Below are positions 8,769 through 17,999 of a stretch of 27,831 nt of DNA, piece after piece. The notes under the pieces were generated by a model. The model worked only from the letters and a program-made list of their open reading frames with translations, made no database searches and was not told the DNA's origin. Made by a program: the position numbers and the translations under genes. Source of the DNA: a virus (taxonomy: Duplodnaviria; Caudoviricetes). The stretch covers positions 1 to 27,831 of the IMG/VR virus record IMGVR_UViG_3300010271_000145. One strand, 5' to 3'. Positions within the stretch are counted from its first letter, which is position 1, and each line of letters starts with the position of its first letter.

Positions 8769-9545
8769 TTAAATAGCTTCTCCTTCTACTGTGTAAGATA
8801 CTTCAGATAATTGCTTCTCGTCATCGTAAACCTGTGATGAAAAACTGGTGCAAACTCCCGTAACTGAACCACCTTTAGGAGGGGTTACGGTAATCATTCC
8901 CCCCATACTATTACCGAGAGCAACTGCTTCATCAGAACTCATCCTTTGATTTATCTGCACCACTGGTCTATCATAAAAATGAGTGAATATGGTTTCTCCC
9001 TCTATCGTATGTCTTACTGATACATAAGGTCTCACAAATCTGGAATAGTTCACTACTCCGGGAGCATCGTCCTCCAACTCTTCTAATGCATCGGTATCCC
9101 ACAAGTCAGCCTTTACGGCAAATGGGAAAGCATTCCAATTATCTTCAGTAATATCCATATTTAAATTATCTAAATAGGCATTGTTTATCGTTATCTCAAT
9201 AGGGGAGGTTTCCCCGGTTTCTCCTTCTCCTATTGTTTTATCTAACACTAATTTAACCGTAAACCTCTCTGGTTCAAATTCCTCAGATGGCAAGGTGGTT
9301 GTTAGGAAATTCCCAATAGTAAGGTCAAAAGTCTCTTTCCTTAACTCCTGCAAAAGACAACTAAAAGAAACTGATTGCCCAGTCACCATCAGCTTTCTTT
9401 TTATTACCTCACCAATTTTCTTCTTTTTCCATTCCAAGGTTCGGATAAAAGAAAATCTACTATCAGTAAAAGCCCCAATATTTGTGCCATTTATATAAAG
9501 AGTTCCACCTCCGATTTGTAAGTCCCCAGTATGTATGACCGTCAT
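8769..9545 (-). CDS. Distal tail (Dit-position) protein with N-terminal tail-tube paralogous domain
   Basis: N-terminus 'DLQIGGGTLYINGTNIGAFTDSRF' aligns with the major tail protein 'DLQIGEGTLYLNNRDVGALTDARF'; directly after the tape measure. Confidence 0.7.
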   Translation of the reverse strand: MTVIHTGDLQIGGGTLYINGTNIGAFTDSRFSFIRTLEWKKKKIGEVIKRKLMVTGQSVSFSCLLQELRKETFDLTIGNFLTTTLPSEEFEPERFTVKLVLDKTIGEGETGETSPIEITINNAYLDNLNMDITEDNWNAFPFAVKADLWDTDALEELEDDAPGVVNYSRFVRPYVSVRHTIEGETIFTHFYDRPVVQINQRMSSDEAVALGNSMGGMITVTPPKGGSVTGVCTSFSSQVYDDEKQLSEVSYTVEGEAI

Positions 9546-12500
9546 CTATTGTTTGCCCCCATTCCCATCATACTTCCCAATCCTAACGCTTTCCCTAACC
9601 ATTCCTCAGCCGTATCCCCTTCAATGTTCACTCGGGTTTTAATGTTTGAAGGAATAGAAATTAATGCTTGAGATAAACTATTTACACTATCGGTAAGCTC
9701 AAGAACCTGTAAGTTAAGATTGTTAAAATCTTGTCCTAAAGATTGGATGGGTAAAGAGATATCTGATAAAGTATCCTTAATCCTCCCTAAATATTCAGGA
9801 GCTTCAACCATTATCTTACTGGTGTCTGGTATCGCAATGGTAGGTAAGACTACCTCTTCTATTGCTTCTCCCTGGAAGCTTTCAATTAAGCTCCCCCATT
9901 TCCTTACAGCTTCGTTCATTCCTGCTATTCTTTGGTCAATTTCCTGGCTTATCTTCTCATTTATCGCTAACCAACTGTTATCCCAATCTCCCATTTGCCA
10001 CCCCAAATCGGAAATCCCGGAGCTTATACTCCTTATAAGAGAATTGAAGTCCTGGGGTAACTTTTCTAATTCCAGAGTAGGGAAAAGGTCTTGCAATGCT
10101 TGTCTCGCCTCAGCACTCAATTCTGATGCTCCGCTTGCTAAACTTTTAATCTCTGTCAGAATACTTTGTTTCAATGCTTCCAGTGCTTCCGGGGTGTTAA
10201 CTTTATCTAATCCCTGGGTAGCCTCTTGCAGCGCTTCATAAATCGGGGTAAGTATGTTTTTAACTACTTGGGCTTCCTCTCCATATAACTCATTGGCTTT
10301 TTGTATCTGGTCTTTTAGTATCTGAGTGAGCTCAACTAAGGAACGATTAAAATCATTTTTAATGGTTTCAACTTCTCGCTCTTCCTCTTTTAAGTTTGCC
10401 AATTCTTTATCCCTTGCTTCTCTTATTTCCTCTACTGCTTGTATTTGGGCTTCTATATCTTGTTCCTGATAATATCTTTCTCTATATACTTGTTCTGCGG
10501 TAGTCTCTGGTCTTTTTGGTAAACTAATCCCTTGAATACTTTTATACATATTTACAAGTTCATCAGTAGTTAAGGAAATGATTTTTCTAAAGTCATAATA
10601 TTTATCCAGGTAGCTTATCAATTTATCTCGTAAAGTATCTTGGGCGTCGGCTTCTCTCTGGGTATATTCTCTTACCATATCCTCTCGCCGTTTATAGATA
10701 TCCTGTAATCTATTGTTCAAATCTTGGTAAACATTAAATATCGCTCCGGCTATTGTTTTATCGGAACTTATCATTGTTTCCCCAGCTTCTTCATGCCTTG
10801 TAATTAAGGAGTTATAAATATCCTGGATAGATGAGGCCATTTCGGTAGCTGTCTGGGTTTGCACTTGATAAACTTCTTCCTGGGTCCTCAAACTGGAGGT
10901 CTTTATTACCTTTGATAAAGTGTTAAACATAGATTGAGCATATTGAGCTTGGGCATTTCCTCTTCGCAGTGATTCTTCTATCTCTATAGCCGTCCATTCT
11001 TTCTGAAGTTCAATTATCCTATCTCTTACGCTTTCTAACCCTCCTAATGCCTCACTATATATCGTCTGATAAAGCTCTTTCTCTTTATTAGCTAATGCTT
11101 CAGAACCTTGAGCAGTCATCTGGTGGGTATTTTGGTATTCGTTTAGTAATTTAATGTAGTCCTGGGTGGTAATCAATTGAAAATTATGCAAATCGTCAAA
11201 GCTGGATATGGATTCCTCTATTGCCTCGGTTAGCTCTTGGCTTCTTTCTTTAGCTTCAGTTAGAGCATTGCTGATATCGTCCCTCACGCTTTTATCCACG
11301 TCTTTATTTTTATCTAATAAACTATTAAGGGAGCTAATATATTCATCAACCCCTATTCCCTCAGCCTTCCAACTGCTCTGAATATCTAAAAACTGATTCC
11401 TAATGCTCTCACTTATTGCCTTGGTCTTTTCTGCTATTGCCTCTTCTGCTTTTTCAATTTCTAACTTTAAATCTACGGTAAGAGATTGAGAAATGTATCC
11501 ACTTACCTCATCCAAAAGTTTTTTAAGATTATCAAGGTAGGTCTCAGCATCTGTCTCCCCGGATATATAAGCTGATTTTATGGCCTGTAATTCGTTTGCC
11601 GTAATAGAGGTAATACTCCCTTCTATATCTTTTACCCTGGTTTCTATATATTCTTTTATTTCATTGCTCATATCTTCTGTGTCTTTCATATAGGCTTCTA
11701 ACCTCTGGATAAACTCCTTCCCGCTGGTAGCCCCTGCTTGATAGGCCATTTCCAGAACCCTAACATAGGCGTCTTTTTCCATTGCCTCCTTTACCGATAA
11801 AGCTTTCTGGTATCCTTCAATTTCCGCATTAGCTCTATCCTGTGCCCCGTTTTGAGTAGCATTGGTTTTTTTATCCTCCATCTCTTTATGTAATTCCTCT
11901 AATACTTCAGCAGCATCTTTCCCAGATAGAGTTTCAATTTTAGCTCGTAATTCAGCTTGCTTTTTTAATATATCGTTTAAAGCCTGCTGGGTAGTGCTAT
12001 ATTCTCCTTTTAACTTATTTAAGTATTGAGTATATAATTTCTCATTCTTCAGCCCTAAGAAGTCTGGAGGTTCTTCCTCAAATGCCTGGATGCTTATTCT
12101 TAACTTGTCTATTTCTCCACTTAACTCTTCAACGATTTCCGCATTAGTCTGGTAAATATTAAGGATGTCTAATAATCTTTGTCTATTTTCAGCATCTGCT
12201 ATTCCTAAAGTTACGTTTTCAGTTTCCCTCTGTATTCTCTGTAAGATTTCTCCCCAATATTGTCCAAAATCTTCTAATAGCTTTCTTTCCTCTTTCATCT
12301 CCACTAACTTCAAAATTAAGGCAGCTAACTGCAAAGTAATGTTCTGAGTATGGATAAGGATATCAGACCATCTGGATACCCAAGTATTGTGCATATCCTC
12401 TACTCCTAACTTAATTTTAGCTAACTGCTCATATATTTCCTCTAAAGAGAGGCCATCTAAATCAGAAAAAGCGAGTATCAGTTTTCTTACTTCGTCAGTA

Positions 12501-14011
12501 GTTTTGCTCATATCCTGAGTGGCTTTAGTATAAAACGCTCCTAGAGCAAAAGTAGCAGTAGCTATGATTCCAGGTAAACCAGTAAAAAAGGAAGCTAAAC
12601 TGGCCATCCCTGTTTTCATTAACCCCATTACTCCACCTAAAGCTACCAACTCCCCTCGCATTTTCCCCAGGGAAGGCAAAAGTTTTAGCACTCCTCCCAA
12701 AAACAGAGATATCGCTCCCCCGGCAAGGGTAAGATAAGATATAGTACTTTTCAATCCTTCTGGCAGTCGAGAAAAAGCATCTGCCATGTTTGCGGCAACA
12801 TCGCTTGCTTTTTGTATTACCCCAGCAAACGGTTCAGCAAAAGACATCATTAAATCCTTGCTGGCTTCTTTTAATCTATTTAAATCCATAGCCAGAGACC
12901 CCGCTTGTTTAGCAAAAGCCTCTTCTGCTGCATTGGAGGAATTTAACATTATAGAATAATCTCCTAATGCAGCATTTACATCACCTAAAATAGAAGAAAC
13001 CAAAGGTAATGCCTCTCTAACTTGAGTAATCCTTACAATCTGCTCCTGAGATAACCCTTGAAGTTTAGCTATGTTTTTGATTAGTCCTTCACTTCTTATA
13101 GTGCTTTCGTTTATATTTATCCCTAACCCTTCCATAACTTTCCTTGCTTCATCTGCTGGAGCAACCAAAGAAGTCATTATTGCTCTCAGCTGGGTAACTG
13201 CTCGGTTAAATTCTATGCCGTTTCTCGTAGCGTAAGCTAAAATAGCTGCCACCTCTTCTAAGGGTATTCCAAAATTTGCGGCAATGGAAGTAACCTGCCC
13301 GATGCTCGTCCCCACTTCCTGGAAGGTAACCACACCTTTTCTAACTAAAGTGAATAAAATATCAGACACCCGGGAAGCCTCATCGGCACTCATGCTGTAG
13401 GAATTTAAGATTGAAGATATAACTTTAGTAGCAGTTCCAATATCTGAAACCCCAGCGGTGGCAGCTTTAGTAGCCACTTCTAAAACCTGCATCGCTTTTC
13501 CCGCTTCAATAGAAGCAGAAAGTATATTATACAAGCCAGTACTCAGCTCTTGAGTGCTCTTCCCATATTCTAAAGCCAGTTCCCTTATCCCTTGTTCGTA
13601 GCTTTTATAAAATGCTCCCACTCTTTCTTCAGCTAAAGAAGGGTCAATTAAAGTCATTACGTTTCTCATATTAGCTTCAAACTGACTTAATAAATAAGTT
13701 GAACCCGCAACAAAAGCAGAAATGGCAGCACCAGCTACCTGGAACTTAGTAGCCATCTGTTCTACCGATACCCCGGTATTCTTTAATGCCTCATTAAGCG
13801 CCTCAGTGCCTTTAGAGCCTTCCTTAAAACCAATACCTATCTGTTCAGCCATAGAGCCTATATTTATAGTAGACTGGTTCACTTTTTTACTTTGGGCACT
13901 GACTTCTTGCACAAAACCACTTATAGAACCTTTAGCCTGTCTTATCTTCTGGTCAAAGTCCTCTAAAACCACGCCCAAAGACACAAAGAGGTTTCTAAGT
14001 TCTCCCGCCAT
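9542..14011 (-). CDS. Tape measure protein, TP901 family
   Basis: 1489 aa; TP901 core ('FEANMRNV','STQELSTGLYNILSA','ASRVSDILF..VRKGVVTFQE'), hydrophobic stretch and long coiled coils. Confidence 0.95.
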   Translation of the reverse strand: MAGELRNLFVSLGVVLEDFDQKIRQAKGSISGFVQEVSAQSKKVNQSTINIGSMAEQIGIGFKEGSKGTEALNEALKNTGVSVEQMATKFQVAGAAISAFVAGSTYLLSQFEANMRNVMTLIDPSLAEERVGAFYKSYEQGIRELALEYGKSTQELSTGLYNILSASIEAGKAMQVLEVATKAATAGVSDIGTATKVISSILNSYSMSADEASRVSDILFTLVRKGVVTFQEVGTSIGQVTSIAANFGIPLEEVAAILAYATRNGIEFNRAVTQLRAIMTSLVAPADEARKVMEGLGININESTIRSEGLIKNIAKLQGLSQEQIVRITQVREALPLVSSILGDVNAALGDYSIMLNSSNAAEEAFAKQAGSLAMDLNRLKEASKDLMMSFAEPFAGVIQKASDVAANMADAFSRLPEGLKSTISYLTLAGGAISLFLGGVLKLLPSLGKMRGELVALGGVMGLMKTGMASLASFFTGLPGIIATATFALGAFYTKATQDMSKTTDEVRKLILAFSDLDGLSLEEIYEQLAKIKLGVEDMHNTWVSRWSDILIHTQNITLQLAALILKLVEMKEERKLLEDFGQYWGEILQRIQRETENVTLGIADAENRQRLLDILNIYQTNAEIVEELSGEIDKLRISIQAFEEEPPDFLGLKNEKLYTQYLNKLKGEYSTTQQALNDILKKQAELRAKIETLSGKDAAEVLEELHKEMEDKKTNATQNGAQDRANAEIEGYQKALSVKEAMEKDAYVRVLEMAYQAGATSGKEFIQRLEAYMKDTEDMSNEIKEYIETRVKDIEGSITSITANELQAIKSAYISGETDAETYLDNLKKLLDEVSGYISQSLTVDLKLEIEKAEEAIAEKTKAISESIRNQFLDIQSSWKAEGIGVDEYISSLNSLLDKNKDVDKSVRDDISNALTEAKERSQELTEAIEESISSFDDLHNFQLITTQDYIKLLNEYQNTHQMTAQGSEALANKEKELYQTIYSEALGGLESVRDRIIELQKEWTAIEIEESLRRGNAQAQYAQSMFNTLSKVIKTSSLRTQEEVYQVQTQTATEMASSIQDIYNSLITRHEEAGETMISSDKTIAGAIFNVYQDLNNRLQDIYKRREDMVREYTQREADAQDTLRDKLISYLDKYYDFRKIISLTTDELVNMYKSIQGISLPKRPETTAEQVYRERYYQEQDIEAQIQAVEEIREARDKELANLKEEEREVETIKNDFNRSLVELTQILKDQIQKANELYGEEAQVVKNILTPIYEALQEATQGLDKVNTPEALEALKQSILTEIKSLASGASELSAEARQALQDLFPTLELEKLPQDFNSLIRSISSGISDLGWQMGDWDNSWLAINEKISQEIDQRIAGMNEAVRKWGSLIESFQGEAIEEVVLPTIAIPDTSKIMVEAPEYLGRIKDTLSDISLPIQSLGQDFNNLNLQVLELTDSVNSLSQALISIPSNIKTRVNIEGDTAEEWLGKALGLGSMMGMGANNR

Positions 14012-14297
14012 CGCCTTTCCTTCTCTCTACTTGTATAGGCATACCCGCTTCTCTAAACATCGCTTCCAATTCTTTCAAGCTCCCTTTACTTTTCTTTTTT
14101 ATCCCTGCTAAATCCAAAAACTTGTCCCACAGCTTCTGAGCTTCACCACTAAAAGCACTGGAAACAATCAATAACTGATAGGCGTAATCCATCATCTTCC
14201 TTTGGAAAATCCTCTCCGATAAGGTAAGAACTAATTCCCAGGGAGCTTGTAAGAAGTCATTAACTGTCCACCCGTATTCATGAAAAAAACGGTCCAT
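13995..14297 (-). CDS. Tail assembly chaperone, T segment (likely made as a G-T fusion)
   Basis: In the -1 frame relative to the upstream chaperone; 'FFHEYGWT' motif; precedes the tape measure. Confidence 0.75.
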   Translation of the reverse strand: MDRFFHEYGWTVNDFLQAPWELVLTLSERIFQRKMMDYAYQLLIVSSAFSGEAQKLWDKFLDLAGIKKKSKGSLKELEAMFREAGMPIQVERRKGDGGRT

Positions 14298-14740
14298 TAA
14301 CTCTTCCCAGCTTTTTTGGTAGTCTTCTCTTTCGATAGATTTCCCATCAGATTGATGGACAGGTCGAAAAAATCCCGTATCAATACCCCAAGACTTTCTT
14401 CATCTAAAATAGCATTTACCAGCTTTATCATCGTGGTAGCTGGGATATCTCCTACATCTTTAGCGTCAATCCTCAATAGGGAAGCTAAGAACTGGTAAAA
14501 GTCCTCTTTATTGTAAGGAATTAAAAAGATTATCTGCCCGGCTAAAACGGTAGAGGAAATGTCGTTACTTTTTTCTAGCTTATCAGCCAGGATATCCCAT
14601 CGTATCATACTCATTACTTTAGAGAAAAACCGGGCAAAGTGCATAAAACCTTCTGTAGAAAGAGGGAGGTGGATAGTGTATTCATCCACCTCCAACTCTC
14701 TTGGTAATATTTTTGAGGAAAAGTCTTTATTTTTGCTCAT
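14297..14740 (-). CDS. Tail assembly chaperone, G segment
   Basis: Between major tail protein and tape measure; in-frame G GGA AAT heptamer near the 3' end. Confidence 0.8.
   Translation of the reverse strand: MSKNKDFSSKILPRELEVDEYTIHLPLSTEGFMHFARFFSKVMSMIRWDILADKLEKSNDISSTVLAGQIIFLIPYNKEDFYQFLASLLRIDAKDVGDIPATTMIKLVNAILDEESLGVLIRDFFDLSINLMGNLSKEKTTKKAGKS
14339..14345 (-). other. -1 programmed ribosomal frameshift slippery site G GGA AAT
   Basis: Minus strand ATG GGA AAT fits X XXY YYZ; the -1 frame stays open (GKSIEREDYQKSWEELMDRFF) into ORF 13995..14297. Confidence 0.75.
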
Positions 14741-14743
14741 ATC

Positions 14744-15673
14744 TTATACCGTATAAACAAATCTAACGTAACCGGATTCACCATTGTGGGCTGGGTCTCC
14801 TAACCCTTCTATCTCCACCGGTATACTATGCCAATCCGTAGCATTAAAAGCAAATTCCAGATTGCCGGAAACCTGTGCTCTGTATAAATGTATCCTCATT
14901 TCTCCATCGTCTCTCGGAACCACAAACTCGGCAACCACTACTGGTAGCGAGGAAACTGCGCCTAAAGGAACTTGAACCGAGGAAGGTAGTTGATATTTAT
15001 AAGTTACTGCTAAATATCCGCTCTCGGGAATATCTCCCCCGCTTAACTTTCTAACTCTTCCATCTATGTAGTCAATTTGGTAATCAGTATTCTCTGCATA
15101 AGTAACAGTAGTATTGATTACTGGGTCACCTATATTAGCAGAAACACCAACTGCAGCAGTAAGTGTTATTTCATTCCCGGTTATGCCTTGAATAGTCTTA
15201 CTTACTCCTCCTATAGTAACCCCATCACCAGCGGTAAACTCGCTGGCATCCTCTACGTATATTTTAGTATCGGTGGGTTCAGTTACCTGGGTAAGTAAAG
15301 TTGCCAGCCTTACAGTCGGTGGAGTAGCTTCATCTAAGCTGCCGTTCTGGAGTGCCACCCAGTTTGTTCCACTTATAGTTAAAATTTCATTTGTAACTTG
15401 TTTAACCTCTCCAGTAGTGCTCGTCATGTCGCTATCTTTTACTCCTAAAGCCAATGCCAAGTTAGAGGGATTAATCTCATTTAAATTTGCCGCAATAAGC
15501 GAACGCTGGGAAGTAATAGCCACTTTGTTTATCTTTAGTGGCATACCCGATTGATGCACCACTTTCGAAATTTCAGCCGTAAATCGAGCATCAGTTAATG
15601 CTCCCACATCCCGGTTATTAAGGTAAAGTGTTCCTTCTCCTATCTGTAAATCTTTGATATTTCTGACTGCCAT
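14744..15673 (-). CDS. Major tail (tube) protein with inserted beta domain
   Basis: Tail-tube N-terminal 'LQIGEGTLY' and C-terminal 'IHLYRAQVSGNLEFAF...IPVEIEGL'; GAGGAG RBS supports ATG 15673. Confidence 0.85.
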   Translation of the reverse strand: MAVRNIKDLQIGEGTLYLNNRDVGALTDARFTAEISKVVHQSGMPLKINKVAITSQRSLIAANLNEINPSNLALALGVKDSDMTSTTGEVKQVTNEILTISGTNWVALQNGSLDEATPPTVRLATLLTQVTEPTDTKIYVEDASEFTAGDGVTIGGVSKTIQGITGNEITLTAAVGVSANIGDPVINTTVTYAENTDYQIDYIDGRVRKLSGGDIPESGYLAVTYKYQLPSSVQVPLGAVSSLPVVVAEFVVPRDDGEMRIHLYRAQVSGNLEFAFNATDWHSIPVEIEGLGDPAHNGESGYVRFVYTV

Positions 15674-15685
15674 TAGTCTCACTCC

Positions 15686-16069
15686 TCATAATATTTTGCA
15701 ATCTATATCTATCTCATTTCTTTTCCGGTCTGGCTCTTGTATTTCTCTCTGGCCAGTCACCACACACCAAATAACCCGAGTATCTCCATCTATCTTTAAT
15801 CTTTTTTTGTTAAAGATTTCAATTATCCTTTCAGTTATCTGGTCAACTTTTAAATCATCTACTTCTCCCCAAATATCTATTTGATAAGTTATCTCCCATA
15901 TATCGGTAATATCTGGAGAAATGTTAATGCTGGTAAAGGTAATCCGGGGTAGCTTAGCTATATCTCCGGGGAAAGTAGAATAAGCTTCTACGCTTCCCAT
16001 AAGGGAAATCAGACCTGAGTCGGTAGTAAGGTAATGATAAATAGCTTCTTTGGTATCAAGTAATTTCAA
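15686..16069 (-). CDS. Tail terminator / tail completion protein
   Basis: 'LPRITF','YQIDIW' motifs; directly upstream of the tail tube gene. Confidence 0.75.
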   Translation of the reverse strand: MKLLDTKEAIYHYLTTDSGLISLMGSVEAYSTFPGDIAKLPRITFTSINISPDITDIWEITYQIDIWGEVDDLKVDQITERIIEIFNKKRLKIDGDTRVIWCVVTGQREIQEPDRKRNEIDIDCKIL

Positions 16070-16563
16070 AGTTTATCCAGCTCTTTAAGTAAGTATGCCT
16101 TACCTTTTTGAAATCCATTCCTCAAAAACGCTTTGGGATGTAGCCCACCTCGGAGGTAAATAGAAAAAGCAGTAGCCCAAGCCGCACTGTCTGGGTCTTC
16201 AAAGCCTTTATCCGATGCCCACTTCTTTAAATTGGCTATTGCTTTAGGAGAGAATGGCGCATGCCTTTTTTTATTTGCTGAAGGATAATCAGCAAGTAAC
16301 CCCGTTCCAAACTCCATATAGGGAGCGTATTCCAGATTTGTTCCCACTCTAAATTCCCTCATGTTTCCTTCATAGATTTTTTCAATGTGTATGGAGTTTC
16401 TTAAAGCCCCCAGATTAATGGGAGATTTTTTCTTTGCCTCCCCTTCTACCACGTGGGCAGCATCTTCCAAAACCTTTAAGACTTTATTCTTTACCTCTTC
16501 CGTAACTCTGTCTATTTCAGCTAATAGTTCTTTTTCTCCTTGTATCCCTATTTTTATCTTCAT
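16066..16563 (-). CDS. HK97 gp10-family tail component
   Basis: 'AKKKSPINLGALRNSI','VGTNLEYAPYMEFGTG','PKAFLR' motifs. Confidence 0.9.
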   Translation of the reverse strand: MKIKIGIQGEKELLAEIDRVTEEVKNKVLKVLEDAAHVVEGEAKKKSPINLGALRNSIHIEKIYEGNMREFRVGTNLEYAPYMEFGTGLLADYPSANKKRHAPFSPKAIANLKKWASDKGFEDPDSAAWATAFSIYLRGGLHPKAFLRNGFQKGKAYLLKELDKL

Positions 16564-16865
16564 TTCCCTAACAATCCTTCGTAGTGAGAAACTATATTAG
16601 CTCTTCGGTAAACAGGTTTTACCAAAGTCACAGCGTAATTGTCATCTCCTATTTTAACCACGTTCCCAATTACTGGTTGGTGTCGAGAAACAAAGAAATA
16701 GCCTTCTGGTATTTCCATTCCGTATCTTTCCTGGATTACTTCTTTGTTCAATTTCTCCAGGTAAGCCCAGAATTTAGATACCAAGGCCAATGTTTCGTGA
16801 CTTATCCCGTATTTATCTGTATTTATGGTTTTGGTGTATTCTTCAAGGTAATGAGTGTATACCAC
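16560..16865 (-). CDS. Head closure (stopper) protein
   Basis: 101 aa, beta-rich, between connector and gp10-like genes. Confidence 0.65.
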   Translation of the reverse strand: MVYTHYLEEYTKTINTDKYGISHETLALVSKFWAYLEKLNKEVIQERYGMEIPEGYFFVSRHQPVIGNVVKIGDDNYAVTLVKPVYRRANIVSHYEGLLGK

Positions 16866-17392
16866 TAAATCACTATCCTTTTATAGTTAAGTAAAATAGT
16901 TTCAGCCACTGGGGGTAGCCCACTAATATACTGGGCAGAGTAAGTAGATAACTTCTCAGAAGTCATCCCTGCTGTTCCCCTCAAATTGTATAGGGATTCT
17001 GCAATTATAAATATGGCTATCTTCAAGTCTTCCGGTATTTCTTCAAAACCTGCTGTGTATTCAATATCTAAAAAGCATCCCGGGTAAAAGATATGGATAA
17101 CTCCATCCCGGGTAAAGAGTTCATACCCTTTTGTGTCCACTCCATTAACTTTTAGAGTGATTATCTCTTCCACTGGAGCAAACGATAGATAAACGTATCC
17201 ACTTCCAGGAATAGTCAAAAGCTCCTTATGTAAGCCATAGGTAAAATCGTATCCTATGTAATTTATTACCTGTTTTTCAGCAGAACTAAGAAGAGACAAT
17301 AATAGCTCATCCTCTGGAGTTAACTCCTCCGGGGTTTGCTCATCATTTTCTAATTGTAAATAAGCTTTAAATTCCTCAAGAGTAACGTTCAT
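16865..17392 (-). CDS. Head-tail connector (HK97 gp6-like)
   Basis: 'VTLEEFKAYL','DELLLSLLSSA','YTAGFEEIPEDLKIAI...LYNLRG' motifs. Confidence 0.9.
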   Translation of the reverse strand: MNVTLEEFKAYLQLENDEQTPEELTPEDELLLSLLSSAEKQVINYIGYDFTYGLHKELLTIPGSGYVYLSFAPVEEIITLKVNGVDTKGYELFTRDGVIHIFYPGCFLDIEYTAGFEEIPEDLKIAIFIIAESLYNLRGTAGMTSEKLSTYSAQYISGLPPVAETILLNYKRIVI

Positions 17393-17589
17393 CTATTCTC
17401 TGCCTCTTCTATCATTCTGTTTTCAGGGGGTCGTTTGACCCCCTTCTTTTTTGTTTCAATCCTTTCAGCTAAACTCCTTGACTGGAGTTCATCCGCTCGC
17501 TCATCTTCTACCTCAAGAAGGTCTCCAGGGTAATGGTATTTTCCAGTATATTTATCACAAAACGGGGATATGACTTTAACTTTAACCAT
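17389..17589 (-). CDS. Small head-associated hypothetical protein
   Basis: 'KVKVISPFCDK...PGDLLEVEDERADEL' type often found just after capsid genes. Confidence 0.7.
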   Translation of the reverse strand: MVKVKVISPFCDKYTGKYHYPGDLLEVEDERADELQSRSLAERIETKKKGVKRPPENRMIEEAENR

Positions 17590-17590
17590 A

Positions 17591-17986
17591 TTATTCTCCG
17601 GTAATAGTGGCTACCTTATCCCTGGTCTTTTTGAACCTCTTATTCCCAGCTATGGCCACTATCCCAAAAGTAACGGCAGCCGTGGCAACAGTCATATCAA
17701 CCTTCAAGTAGCGTTTCCCCGGGGTAACCTGCAATAAAAAGTCTCCCGCTTCCGATATGGTAATTTCATCTACCTCGTCGGCAAAATCCCCTTCTCCATT
17801 ATTATCCTGGGAAATGACAATATCTAAAGTCCCACCCGTCCCAACAGCCTCAACAAAAATTGCAGTCAGAAGGTCAGCAGGGTGGCCATATTTCTCCAAG
17901 TCTAACACCACATTGCTATTGCCCACTGCTACTTCACCTACCGGTAAAACCTTGATAACTTCTATTTGTTCTTTTAAGCTAATCAT
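17591..17986 (-). CDS. Possible capsid decoration protein
   Basis: Beta-rich 131 aa directly after the MCP; AGGAGG RBS; 'GKRYLKV' motif. Confidence 0.6.
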   Translation of the reverse strand: MISLKEQIEVIKVLPVGEVAVGNSNVVLDLEKYGHPADLLTAIFVEAVGTGGTLDIVISQDNNGEGDFADEVDEITISEAGDFLLQVTPGKRYLKVDMTVATAAVTFGIVAIAGNKRFKKTRDKVATITGE

Positions 17987-17999
17987 CGTCTAACCTCCT

